From contig JAMDHS010000016.1 of assembly GCA_029717555.1 (NCBI GenBank), positions 186,001-250,000 on the forward strand: DNA of 64,000 bases. Reading direction: 5' to 3'. Under the pieces are notes generated by a model, which was given only the letters and a program-made list of their open reading frames with translations, did not search any database and was not told the origin of the DNA. This stretch comes from Peribolospora baueri. Taxonomy: Eukaryota. The stretch's first letter is position 1; each line of letters starts with the position of its first letter. Below are positions 48,704 through 61,223 of this stretch, one piece after another. A program made the position numbers and the translations under genes.

Positions 48704-51700
48704 TTACCTCCCCTCCTCCCGCACCTCCCCCACGACAGCCCCCATCCAAGCGACTAAAGCCCCATCGAGCATGTCCTTCCACCCTTCCTCCTTCCTCGCG
48801 ATCCTCCTCGCGTCAAACGGGATGCCCTCCTTCTCCTTCTCTTTTGCTCCTCGACCCAGGGTGGGAGCGGCGCCGACGACGTTCGTCGACGGTCCTTCTG
48901 ACGCCGGCATCGCCCCGACGAGGCCTGACGCCAAGGCCATCGACGCGCGAGCTTTATTAGGGGCCGAGGACGTGCTTGTGGAAGCGACAGCGGTCGAATG
49001 AACAGGCGCGACGAAAGCGATGGAATACCGAAGCTTGAGGGCGCTAGTGACGGCAATCGAGCCCCGAAAAACGAAAGCGACGCGATAAGAAAAAAAGAAA
49101 AAGGCGAGAGGAGTGCCACGATCAGTACATCCATTATAAACAGTACTTTGCTGCGACTGGATGCCAAGCAAGACCATCGAACCAGAGCGCCACTCACGCT
49201 GCCCAGAATCGCAAATTCTCCGTCCGCCTGAACGTCCATCCTCCCTTGCTCTTCCCAGCCGCCGCCTTGGTCGCCCCTCCATCGCCGCCGGACCTCGCAG
49301 GCGCCTCTGCCTCGCTTCCTCCGCCCTCGCCCTCCTTCTCCTCCTCCGCCACCTTCGCCCTCTCCCTCTCCCTCTCCCTCTCCTCCTCCGCCTTGACGTC
49401 GTGCACCTCCTCGGCAGGAATGAACCCCCATGGCCTACGCGAGCGTCGAAGCGCCGAGTTGTAAGCCAGGCACAACAGCTGGCCGTCCGCGAGAATGGAT
49501 AGGAGCAGGTCGCGAGACGGACTCGTTGAAGAGGCGGGAATGCAGCCAAGCAGATGGGGGAGAAGCGGTGCTGGCACCGAGGAGACGAGGAGGTGGAAGG
49601 CGCGCTCTTGTTCGGCCAACACATTAGACCCGAACAATCCAGATGCAGATACAAAATGAGAAAAAAAATGTTCGTCAGCGGAAGGAATGCAAGCTGGTCC
49701 GACGTAGCACTCATCATGCTCCGACAGTCACTCACCGAGGTCACCCCCGGGGAAAGGCTCCCTCTGTGCCCACTTCGGCCAATGCTCCTCGCCCTCGTCC
49801 CCTTCCGACTCCTCCTCGTCCTCCTCGCCCTCAACTTCCTCCGCGCTCATCGCATCGCCTCCGCCCACTTTCACCATCGGCGCCGGAAGCTCAGCACCGA
49901 TGGCGCCCGCCATCGCCTCCGTACCCAGTCCTCCTCCGGCCTCCCTGTCGACGAGATCGGCATCAACCTCATCCTCAATGTCCCCGATCGTGCCGATCGT
50001 GCCGATCGTACTGCTCGTCCCGCTCGCCGGCAAACCCGTCGCGATGCTCGCCCTCCTCCTTTCCTCTGAAGCCCCACCCCCGCCCGGACCCATGCCCAGA
50101 CCAAGGGATCCGAACTTTGAGCTGCTCAAGGCCATCTCCGACGCGCGCCTCTTCACCTTGGCCTTGCCTCTGCCGCCCCTTCCGCGCCGGGAGCCCCTGC
50201 TCCTCCCTCGCGAGGCGCGGGCCTCGGCACCATCTGGGCCAAAAAGTACACGGTCCACCGTCTCGAGATAGGAGCGCACCACCTCCCTCTCCCTCTCCAG
50301 ATCTTTCATCTTCACGTCCGAGCGATACAGGAACCCGCCAGACGTGCCGGCCGCGTCCAGCGGGTCCCGCGTCAGCGTCGAGCCCTCCTCGGTCTCAGTC
50401 CCCGAGGCGTCGACTGTGATGGGCGGAATGACAACGCTCGTGCCTGCGACGCCAGTCGCGTCCGAAGCACCGCTGTGATCGGACGGCGTGCGGGCGGACG
50501 AGCGAGGCCAGACGCTCGTTGTCGTCGTGCCGCCAATGCCGCTCGCGTTCTCTCCCACCGCCTGTGGACCAGGTCCAACGGTCGCCATCGACGGAGCATC
50601 CACGGCGGTTGAGGACGCTTCTGCTGCGGCCTCCGCGTACGCGGGGTCGTCGGGGGGGAGACGGCAGCGCTCCTCGACCTCGCGCAGCACGCCGAGCACT
50701 TCGAGCGCAGAACGACGGATGAGAGCGAGAGGGTCTGCCCCCTTTCCCTTCTGCGCAGTCGTCGTCATCGTCGCCGCCGGAGCGGGAGGATCGGAGGGGG
50801 CCTCCTTGATGCTCCCCAACAGCGCCGTGCTCGAATCCCTGGCCCTTGGAGGGCTGGTGCTGGGCCGCGGGAGGAACGCCATGCTGGTCCTTCGGAACTC
50901 GTCTTTCTTCCTCCTCAAGCTGCCCGGACCCATATTATTGCCCGTGCCAGCGTGACCGCCTCCAAGACTCAAAGGATCGGCTCCGTCATCGTCGGACGAA
51001 AAGACGTTAGCGGGCAGGCTGACGAGGTAGTTCCTCACGCTCCTGATCGTACGCGTGGTGGTCTGGAGGAGCTGGACAAGATCAACGTGCTGATCGGCCG
51101 CAGCTGTAGTGGAGCCCGCTGATGGCGTGGGGGACGCTGCCCGCTCGATGTCGCTAGGGAGAGGGAGCGGACGGCGGAACGGCGAGCCCGCCTGTGACGC
51201 GCTCAGCGACAGCGTCGGAGAGGGAAGTGGAAGAGAAGACGCGTCCGAGGTGGATTTTACGAGGTCGACGAGCGACCAGAGTTGGCACCTGCACGCAATG
51301 TCAAGAGAAAAGTGAATGAATGCTCGATTCCAAAGGACCAGAGAGACATGAACGGTCGCTCACATGGCGTCCAAGTCGAAGATGACACCAGGCCTCAACA
51401 TGTCGGGATCAGTCTGAATAGGTTTGGTAATGGGAGGATAGGCGGGTCGGGAATTGACAGGAATCATTGGGGTTGCGGGAAGGTCAGGGGGCTCCGCGTC
51501 GGGAGAGGTGGGCGGCGACTCAGAGAGAAGGGTGCCGTCGCCGCCGATGGCTAGCGTGAGTGCACCTCGAACGTTTGAGGGTTTGCTGAGCAGAATCGAA
51601 GCGGCATTGTGGAGCGGTCAATCCATCTGGACCGCCACGACCTGCGTACGCGCACGCGCACTTCGTCAGACTACCCGCGTGCGCTCCGACTCACTTCTTC

Positions 51701-51981
51701 CTAGCCAAGCCCATCTTGCTGTACATATGCTGGAGATGGGTGATGCTCCCCAGCGCCATGACGCTCTGTCTCTTGGCGGCAGATCTGGAGAAGGGCTTCT
51801 GGTTGGACTGCGCCGTGGAGGAGGGGTAGAAGACGGCACTCCTTTTCGACTTGAGCTGTGGTCGCGGCCCGGGCGCGCCATCATTGGCGGCGTCCTTGGG
51901 CGGGGTGGGGAATGGCACTGAGCCTCGATCAGGCTGCTGGTGCTTGGAGGGCGTCGCGGGTCGTAATGGTGATTCTGACAT
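48704..51981 (-). CDS. Large uncharacterised fungal protein with C-terminal calponin-homology-like segment
   Basis: N-terminal KPFSRSAAKRQSVMALGSITHLQH, LIRRSALEVLGVLREVEERCRLP, LLSILADGQLLCLAYNSALRRSRRPWGFI, WTFRRTENLRFWAA-ALKLRY. Canonical introns. Confidence 0.75.
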
Positions 51982-52523
51982 GTCGTCTGATCGACGTTGG
52001 AAACAGGGATCCGGGGTATCGGAATGAAAGTGAGACGGTGTCTTGGAGATGGGTGCGAGGTATCCTGATGCGAGAGATGGGAAGCGATTGCGGGCCGGCG
52101 AGAGTAGAGGACTTGTTGGCGCTACACAGAGAAGCGCCCGCGTCGACCACCAAGGTGTCTGTCTCTCCTCGTTGAGAAGAGAAAAACGAGATGAGGGTCC
52201 TGACGAAGACAAGGACGCCCGACGGTGGCCGCTGGTCGGTTTCGACGACGCCTTTGGCTCCGTCCGCGTTCTGGCTGGAGTACAGACTTCAAGCCCGGAC
52301 GGGGACGAGCAAGCCGCGGGTACTCTTGCCGCAGCACCAGGATCCGCCTAAGTCCGAGGCTTCGGTCCCGTCGGCCCGGTTAGTCCTTCTTCTTCCCGTC
52401 GTCGCCTCGCCCAGCTGTTTGTTTCCCAGCTCGCAACTCATCCTCAGCCGGCCGTCAAGGCGAGACGAGACGAGAAAGCATCGCACCCTCCAACCTCCAA
52501 CCTTCTCAGCCTCACGACCAAGC

Positions 52524-52859
52524 ATGGCTCCTCCCGGCCTCTCGCTCAGAAACATCGCCTCGGTTCACTTCACCTTCTCCCCCCTTAGTCCCTCCTCCCG
52601 CTCCGCGCGACTCCTCCTCTCCCGCCTCGCAGCCTCGAACCCGACCGGCGGGTCCTCTCCCGAGGTTTCCGCCTCCGTCCTCCCTTCTGCCCCTTCTCAG
52701 GGGGCAAAGGATGGCAGTGGAGCCAAGGACGTGATTGAAGTGACGTATACGGACAAGAAGAAGGTCACCATCGATCCGGCCGGCCTCAAGATCGGTGAGC
52801 TCATGGCCAGAGTCGACGCACACGCAAGGTCGCTTAGGCTCGCGGAGGAGGGACTGTGA
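52524..52859 (+). CDS. MRPL44: Mitochondrial large-subunit ribosomal protein mL53
   Basis: IASVHFTFSPL...RSARLLLSRL...IEVTYTDKK...LKIGELMARVDAHARSLRLAEE; 111 aa. Confidence 0.85.
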   Translation: MAPPGLSLRNIASVHFTFSPLSPSSRSARLLLSRLAASNPTGGSSPEVSASVLPSAPSQGAKDGSGAKDVIEVTYTDKKKVTIDPAGLKIGELMARVDAHARSLRLAEEGL

Positions 52860-54315
52860 GCTATCGTGGGTGCGCACTTGGGAGAGGGAGAGGATTGGGG
52901 GAGACATTGCATCGGGCTCGTCTCTCGGTGGTGGGGGGTCATGGTTGGCACCGCCGCCGAACGGCCGGACGAACGGGCGAACGAGAACATTTCTCGGCTC
53001 CTCTCTGCTGTTCATGGCCAGTTCTCCTTCCCGCGCTGTTGCCAACGATGCTGGCAAGCCATCGGACGTGCGTCCAGACTGCAGCAGGGCTGGCGAGCGG
53101 CACACTTGGCTCGTCAACGACGCCGGAAGTCCTCTCGGCAGGCTGCGGCCTCTGTCGAATACCCTTCGGCTTCTCCGCGGGAAGCGCGCTTGGCTGGGAT
53201 CGTTCGTCTTCGGGGCGACCCTCCACCAGACCATTGTGCCAAAGTCTGCCGCCTGCAGTGTCTGATCGAGCGAGATGGGCGTGCGTGGAGGATGAGGCGT
53301 TGGGATGCCATGCAGCGAGCCAGGGAATCAGACTTGCATATGTACGCAGTTGTACTTGTAGAGCATCTTTCATCTAGATCGCATTAGACAATCAAGCTTC
53401 ATTCCTCTTGACCTACGAGACTCTCGTCGTTGAGAACTTCTGTATGAGCTCTGCGGGCAAGCATAGCTCATCTATTCTTTGCACGCGTACGGGCGCAGGA
53501 AGGGAAGGAGGGAAGGGAAGGGGAGCCTGACGCGGAAACTGCAACTGAGCAGTCTCACTGGATAAGGCACGCCCTCTGCTGATCGGCGTCCTTAGGATGT
53601 TGTCAAGGCCCGTACGGGTCCACTGCTGCCTCCTCGCCTCCTCACATCCAGGATTCGGGCCGTCCTACATCCCCTTAGCCAGCTGCCGAAGGTGGCGCTG
53701 GCCCCACTTCCTCTAGACGCTGGTGCTGAACAGATGTACCGACCCACCGACGTCCAAGTCCAAGGTCGCCTTGCACAGGATGGAGCTCTGTGTCACGTTT
53801 GCTTTGCTCATCTACATATTGTCCAGGTTGACCTAAGGAGAGGCTGAAATCATGCAGACCTCGCTTGGAAGGTTGTCTTCAGATGAAGGCCATGACATTT
53901 TTCATGAGCAAATTCCTTTCCCTTCCATGACCCACGTCTTGGACGAGGATGCAAAGGCGTGCTGCTGTCTAGGTCTTCGATCGGGGAGCCCCTTTCTCAG
54001 GCACGCTGATGCTGCACGCTCCCGCAACTGGAAGAGGCGAACTGTTTCCCTTAAGGCGTTTTGGCGTTTATGGCAACGACAGCGAGAATGCGCATGAGTA
54101 ACGTACGGTACAGACGAATGGAAGAAAAGAAGCCAGACGACAACGGCAGGCGGCCAACATGGAGGAACTTCGACCGTCTTCCTTCATGGAGTCACAACCC
54201 TCGCTCTCTCCCCCGCCGGGCTGACTAACCGCATGCCAACTTGGCACTTGGCCCCAGATGAGTTTTGAAGCCGAGGGAGAGAAAAAACAAACTGATAAAA
54301 TCAAGGACTCGCGCG

Positions 54316-56231
54316 TCAGGAGTTGGTGAGGGTGTGCAAGATGGTATCGACCGCTCTCGTGGGTTCGCCGTTCCTGCGCAGGCGAATAGGTCGCGAGGAG
54401 AAGGAAGCGAAGAGCCGTCGAGGTGGTTCGTCCCTTCGTCAATGAGAGCCAACGATACAAAGACACCGATGACGCTAGCGGCGGGCGTCCAAACTCACGA
54501 ATTCTGCAAAGCTTGCACGACCTGCTCCCTCGAGGCCATTGGGAAGATGGAGTGCAAGACGCGCACGTCTGTTTCCGACGGTCCCGTGGTCGCTTCGCCC
54601 GCGACTGCATGCCAACCCGGATGGGTAGGGGGATCGAGTTTGGTCCGTCAGGTTCGACGATCGACGTCGCTGAGAGCCTACTGGGCGATGAACAACGACG
54701 AAACTCAACTCACGCTGGGTGAAGTACTCCCTCAAAGCGGATCGCGGCGGTTGCGCTTCGTCCCCGTCCGCTTCTGCTGCACCCGCCCGTGCAGTCGACG
54801 CGAGAGGATTCGCGAGGGGAAGAATAGAGCGCCCAGCCGTCGCTTCACCATCTGCCGCACCCGCTCCGAGGCCGGTAGCGATTGGTCGAAGCCCAGTGAG
54901 CGAGCCCCATGTCGTACGTCCGTGCCTCCTCGATAATCGGCCAGTTGCCGGTGCCAACGCGCCTAAGCTTCTCCCCAGGCCCGCCCTGCTACCGGTACTC
55001 AAGCCGCTGTCTCCCTCCGGTCTCCTCGCACTTCCAGGCCCGCCGGCTCGTTCGGCCCTCTCGCTTCCGTCCCTCCTCTGATCCATGCTAACCCTCACGC
55101 TTCTGGGCGGCATGCGCGTACTCCCAATCAGAGGCCGGAGCACATCAGCAAGGAAGGTATATAACCGGGGAGGGATGCGGTACGCTTTGAGGGGCGTAGA
55201 GAGCCCGAGAAGATCGGAACGGTAAAGGGAGGAAATGAGAAGGCCTAGAGAGCTGGCTAGTAATGACGCTGGGAATTGGGATGTCGCGAGCTTGAAGATG
55301 GCCCAATGGCAAGAACTTTAGGGCCAGTTCCCACTGTCCTAAACCCTTTTCCAGTGATATGAAAAAGTCTACTCACCAATCCAGCCAGCACGTACACCGT
55401 GGCCTTGTTTCCGAGCTCCCACCCTCCCACCTTGATGGTCCACACGTTCGGCACCATCCTATACCATTGATACAGAATGGCAAAGAGGACACCAAATGGA
55501 CCGGCAGGGACATAACCTTGCGCCGTGATGGAGTAGAGCGAGCGGGCGATGAAGCGGGGAATGGGGAAGAGGAAGACGGGGAGCAGAAGCAGAGAGAGGA
55601 AGGTGGTAAGGGAGAGAAGAAGAGTTGTTAAAAGAATAAAGGACTATAGGAGAGTAAAGAGGGCGGATAAGTCACAAAAGGAGAGTCGTCCTATAAGTCA
55701 CACAATTCCAAGCAAAGGCTATCCTCGACGGAGCGTAGCGAAAATAGACTCACAGCAAACTTCCGGGTGCCAAATGTGCGCTCGACGGACACCGAGACGG
55801 TGTAGAACAGCAGCGTAAAGACAAAGACCTCTCTAGAGTTGGTAAAGGCAAGGTGGAAAGTGAACAGTCGCCAGTACTGGTGAAAGCATGAGAGGAAAAG
55901 AGGGAAGGTGAGCTTGGCTAGTGGGTCGTCTCATCTAGGGGCGGTGGCCGTGCGGTGGCCATGTGCACCAGACTTACCTGATGATGCACGGATATATGAG
56001 GATAAAGCTGAAGGTGACACCACGGTTTGAGCTCGAGCAATGCCGCCACAAGCGAGCATATGTTGGTCGTAAGCAAGAGGCCTGTCCGTGATTCCGCGAT
56101 TCAGACACGACAAATCGAGACGTGACATCAACAAAACCGGCTCCAAATGTCAGCGAGCAACGGTCGGGCGTGAATGGGCTCTCAGATAGCTCACCCTTAG
56201 ACAAGGGCGCATTGACGAAGCCGGAGACCAT
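54316..56231 (-). CDS. DSC2: Rhomboid-pseudoprotease/UBA protein of the Dsc E3 ligase complex (Dsc2/Ucp14/UBAC2-like); many short exons
   Basis: Spliced MVSGFVNAPLSK-GLLLTTNICSLVAALLELKPWCHLQLYPHISVHHQ-YWRLFTFHLAF...VERTFGTRKFA (WR motif), and C-terminal UBA-like PSETDVRVLHSIFPMASREQVVQALQNS-NGEPTRAVDTIL. Confidence 0.85.
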
Positions 56232-56520
56232 CGCGCACACGAGTTAGCTTTGCTCTGCACTCTCGGACATGATTGATGTCCCGTGTTGGTGGTGATCGGG
56301 CGGTCGAGCGCATGTGGGTGTTGACTGTATGTGCCGCAGCACCGTCACGGATGGTTTGCTCGATCACTTCGACCTCTATCGCCCTCCCTTTTCTCCAGCC
56401 TCGCCTTGCCTCGCTCCGCTCGCCGCCTCCCTCACGTTGTCCTTTGTACTATTATCTACTTAGAGTCTCTTCCCCTTTTTCTTTCTTCTCCTCCTATTTT
56501 TTATCTTTCGACCAACAACC

Positions 56521-58253
56521 ATGTCGAGCGTGAGTCGCCATGCCGTTTCTAACGTCTCAGCCAACCATCGCTCTTACCCTGCATCTCACTTGGCCTTATA
56601 TGCATTCTATCTACCAATGGACACAGTTTGCAGAGCTTATGAAAGCGGCCAAGGAGCACACGGCCTCTTCCGCCGCTGCTCTTGCCGAGGAACGAGCGGC
56701 TCGGGCGAAGGAGGAGAAGCGCAAGCGGGTTTTCCAGGAGAAGCGCGAGAGGGAGGAGCGCGAGCGGCAGAAGCTCATCTTGCAACGACGACTGGAGAAT
56801 GAGAGACGGGCGGAGGAGGAGAGGAAGAGGAGAGAGGAGGAGAGGAAGAGAAGGGAGAAGGAGGTGATGGACAGGGAGGAGGGCAAGTTGGATAAGAGTC
56901 AGGGGGCGTTAGTCATTGGAAAGAACGGGGAAGTGAGGAACGCTTACGTGCTCAAGAAGGCAAGAGAGCAACAGCAAAAGGAGAAGGGTCGCTTGAGCGG
57001 CGCGAATGCCAGCCCGAGCGTCTCGCCGGCTCGTAAGCGTACGACTGGTGGGGCAGGCCCTTCCAAGGCGAAGGTGCGCCTTGATTCCTTCTTAGAACGA
57101 CCGAACGTCAAATACGACGAAACAGCTCTCTCACACAGACATACCATCTCTGATATCCCCAAACGTTTTTCGGTCGTTCCGTCCACAGACCACTTCTTCC
57201 TCGCGTAGCAGTTCGAGCGTCCCGCTCACCCGCGAGGAGAAGCGCGAGAGGCAGAAGGCTGCCATGTTCGGCGTCTCATACTCAAAGCTTGTCAAGGGTA
57301 CGTTTCGTGGGAGCGGGAATTTTTTTTTTTTGTTGGTACAGGATGGATAGATACACTGGCATTGCCCCTTCCGTCCACTTGTTTCCATTTCTTCTTTGTC
57401 TCCATCACAGGCGGGGACGCGAGCGGCCGCCTCACGTCCTCCCCCTCGGCGTCATTGAGACAGAAGGGCAAAGAACGCGATCTCTCCGCTTCCGCTGCCA
57501 CAGCCGCTGGCAATAAGCGGCTAGCGGCAGCGTCTTCAGCCTTGCCGTCCTCGGTTTCGTCGTCGTCGGAGGCGATCAAACGCGCCGGAGTGGACAGAGT
57601 TGGTACCACCCGTCCCACGACGGCCCTGCGGGAGGAAATGATGAGGAAGAAAAAGGAACAAGCTCGGGCTCAGCCTCGGGGGAAGGGAGACGAGGAAGAG
57701 GAAGGCGAGGAAGGGTACTACTATTCGGAGGAGGACTTGGACGAGTACGAGACAGAGGAGAGCGAGGACGAGGGAGAAGAGGAGAGCGTGAGGGAGCAGA
57801 TTTGGGCGATATTGGGACGGGGGAAGAAGAGAGAAGAGTGAGTTTACAACTCGCGGCGTGGCTCACATTGGTTCCACGGGGACGCATGTATTGAACGTGG
57901 AGGACGGCCGGGCTGACTTGATTGGACGGGGACCATGCTCTGGGCCATTTCCTTTTCTTTGCGCTTCGCTTCAGGTATATTGCCCGGGACGTCGGCAGTG
58001 ACGACGACATGGAAGCCGGTATCGACGAGGTGTACCGTGAGGAGATGCGCAGGTGGGTGATACGTGTATATGCGGACTGACATCATGGGCGCTGCCTCGG
58101 TTTTTTTGATCCGAACTGACCTTTCCGCTCGTCTTCCTTCCTTTGCGTAGCGCCCGTCTGGCGAGGGAGGAAGACCTGCGCGAGGAGGAAGAGCTGAAGA
58201 GGCACGAGAGAGAGAAGGCGCGGCGCAAGATGAGGCTGGGAAGAGGATCGTGA
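56521..58253 (+). CDS. SPT2: Chromatin protein SPT2 (histone chaperone)
   Basis: MSS-FAELM, charged coiled coil, acidic tract, QIWAILGRGK, DDDMEAGIDEVYREEMRS-ARLAREED (SPT2 C-terminal domain). The first coding exon is 9 nt. Confidence 0.88.
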
Positions 58254-58408
58254 CCGGGCCCGGGCTGCTCAGCGGGTTTGAGTCCGTCGGGCGGCGGTCG
58301 TGCTCGTGCTCGTCTGCGTAAGGCGTATAACCGGTCGCTGGCCTCTGGTTCGTTTCGCTCGTCAAGTCCTTAATGGATGTCGGTGTGGACCGTGTCTGCT
58401 TTATCCCT

Positions 58409-58486
58409 CATCCATCCATCCGTCCATTCATCCATTCATCCATGCATCCATGCATCCATGCATCCATTCATCCATTCATCCATCCA
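58409..58486. repeat. Compound (CATC/CATT/CATG)n microsatellite
   Basis: catccatccatccgtccattcatccattcatccatgcatccatgcatccatgcatccattc... Confidence 0.9.
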
Positions 58487-58990
58487 GCATGTCTCTGTTC
58501 CTGGACCGGCGCACTTGTACATCAGCCACGCTTTCACCGACCGACTTATCATCTGACCGATAGAAGGAGGAATGGGACGTCTAGTTGCCTTCGGGGTGTC
58601 GGTCGTACTGCGACCGGGGACTGACTGTCCGCGAGCGAGCCTGTCCGACGTCCGTTGGTCGTCGGTCGTCCGTGAGCCAGACCGGGCCGGACGGGATGCG
58701 ATGTGCGATCGGGATGATGGCGCGGTCGGTCAAAGTCGAAAGATGAAATACGAAATGCGAGTACGAAGACGGGTACAGATAGAGATACAGATACGGAAGC
58801 GAGGAAGGGCGGAAGGAATGGAGTATGGGTCTGTCTGGGTGAAGACCGTCGAGAGCTCGAACCGGCCGGACGGTGGGAGGCGCTCCCGTGCAGTGAAATC
58901 GCTGCTCGTCGTGGTCATATAAGAAGATCTGGGACATCCGATGGTCGTCGTCGTCGTCGACGTCGACGCGGGCGAGCCTTCAAGAAAAAA

Positions 58991-60450
58991 TCAAGGATTC
59001 TTCCCGCCCTTGCCTTCCACCTCTGCCCACCCGCACCTGCCCACGCTCGTCTCCCCCTCTGCCCCCCCGTCCACGCCCACGCTCGTCGCGCGGCCGGCGC
59101 CACCGACGGAGGTGAGGCCGTCCCACCATTTCGCAGCGACGCTCAGCGTACCCCGCCCCCGTCCGACCGTCTTTCCCTTGCCCTTGCCCTTGGCTTTGCT
59201 CGACCTGCGCTCGAAATCAGGCACCCTTCCTTCGGCCCTCTCTCTCCTCTCCCATACCGTGTCCGCCTCCCACCTCCTCGCCGCCTCCGCCAGTATGACT
59301 TCGAACTTTGCCCTCCTTGCCGCGTCCGCGTCCGAGGTACACGCTGCCTGGCCGCCGAAGTCGTCGAGCACGCCGCCGCCGTCAAACAGCACGCGCTCCA
59401 CCTCCACCTCCACCTCCGCAAGACCCACATAGGCCCACGCGACACGCTCATCGGTCTCCTTGGTGAGACGGCGGAACTGGCGGAGGGTGCGCATGCGCGC
59501 CTCGTGTGTCTTTTCGGGTTCTGTGAGAAGGGGAGGTGGGGGCGGGGAGGGCGGGGGCGGGGGCGCCGGGATGTGGGAAGGCGAAGGGGAGGTGAGGGAG
59601 GAGGGGAGGAGGAGGAGGGAGCGCGTGTGGACGAGTTGGGGCGTTGTGGAGAGTGTCGAAGGCGGGAGGTCGTTGAGTCGGCAAAGAAGGTGGCGCTGCA
59701 GGTTGAGGGAGGATGGATGGGGAGAGGAGAGGAGTCAGTCGGGTTGGAGGCCAGACGTTCCTCACGAGTCCTTTCGAGCCGAGTTGAGGACTGCGCTGAG
59801 CGACTACTCACGTCGACGCCGTATCTGAGTGCGATCCCGACCAGCGTATCCTCCGGCCGGACATAGTGCCTCGGCCGATCCGCCATTCCTGCTTCTCCTT
59901 GTGTCCCTCCCGCGGGCACTGAGGAGGGCCCGGGGGCGGGCTTTTCGTCATCCAAGGGAAGGACGACGGGAGGGCGACACGTCTTGGAGCCATCGGACAG
60001 TCCGTCGACCGCCGCGTCACTGGCTGGGGATGTAGATATGCGAGGAGGACTCTGCGTGGCACGCTCCGGAGGCGGACGAGGTGCGCTGGCCGGGCGGTGG
60101 TGATCGTCGTCGTCGTCGTCGTTGTTTTCGATGACGAATGCGCTGTCCACGAGCCCATCCGCTTCCTCATACGGCGGAGGCGGGACGTCCGGCACGCACG
60201 CCTGGGCCGCCGCGGCAGTGCCAGCGTCGTTGCTCTTGGGAAAGACGCCGGCGGTGCCTGCGCAGAGGGGACAGAAGGTGGCCAGGCGTGGATTGCGCTT
60301 GAGGCAGGGATCGCAGATCGGCCGGTGGCAGCACGGCGTGATGTAGTGTGGCAGCGGCCCGGCGCGGTGGTGGTGGTGATCTGGAGGCGCGCTGGGCGGT
60401 CTGGGGTCGGGGACGGTGGAGGAACATGCGACGCAGAGGGAGGGGGGCAT
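58991..60450 (-). CDS. Non-secreted LysM-domain protein with N-terminal RING-like zinc finger (2 exons)
   Basis: CVAC...TPCCHRPICDPC...CPLC; LysM RHYVRPEDTLVGIALRYGVD-RHLLCRLNDL...LLLP; no signal peptide. Confidence 0.8.
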
Positions 60451-61223
60451 GGTGATGGTGGGGTGTGTGAGACGTCGTTGTTGTCGGGCGATCGCGGCCG
60501 GGTTCGAGGTCAAGGTCGTACAAAGTCATCTCTATCTGTCTATCCGTATATTCTAATCTATCGTCTGTCATCGGCCGTATTGTACTACCCTCGCACAGAG
60601 CTGTCTGTATGCGGTCATGCGGGCCGCCCGTCGCCGTGCCTGGCGGCGTCAAGCGGGCGGCCAAGCGGGCGGCAATGAGGGGCGATGACCCCCGCAGGCG
60701 TCAAATGAGCGTCGGCAGCGAAGAGAAGAAACATTTATTATTTCCAACCAACGGGCCCGGCTCTCCACAACCATTCACCCGCCCTTCCTCCACCCCCACA
60801 GCCACGGCCACGACGACGACGACGACGCCTCAACCGTCGGATCCTCTTCCCCTCTTACCCCGGATTTCCTCCTTCCATCCACTACTCCAATCGTTCCCGC
60901 AACAACACCATTTCTCCATCTCCCCCGCGCCCACCCACGCCCTAGTCCAATCCGAGCCGCCTTTCTTCCCCCGCCAAATCCCTCCCTCCCCTTCCTCCGC
61001 GCTGTCCGGTCCGCATCCGCCGCTGTGCTGAGCGCAGCGACAGCGACGGATGGACGGACGACTGAAACGACCCACCGATTGACCGTCTCCTCTGCCCGCT
61101 CAGACAGACAGACAGACACACGCTCGCTCCAATCAAAGCCCATCTCCGGTTGCGCGACCGCCAGCCCGTCTTTTCTCCTTGCTTCATCTTCGATCGAATT
61201 CGCGCCACACCGGGCCAAACAGG

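Noticed and set aside
55085..55097. CTAACCCT resembling a telomerase template
   Set aside because: Only 8 nt, and it lies antisense within a DSC2 coding exon.
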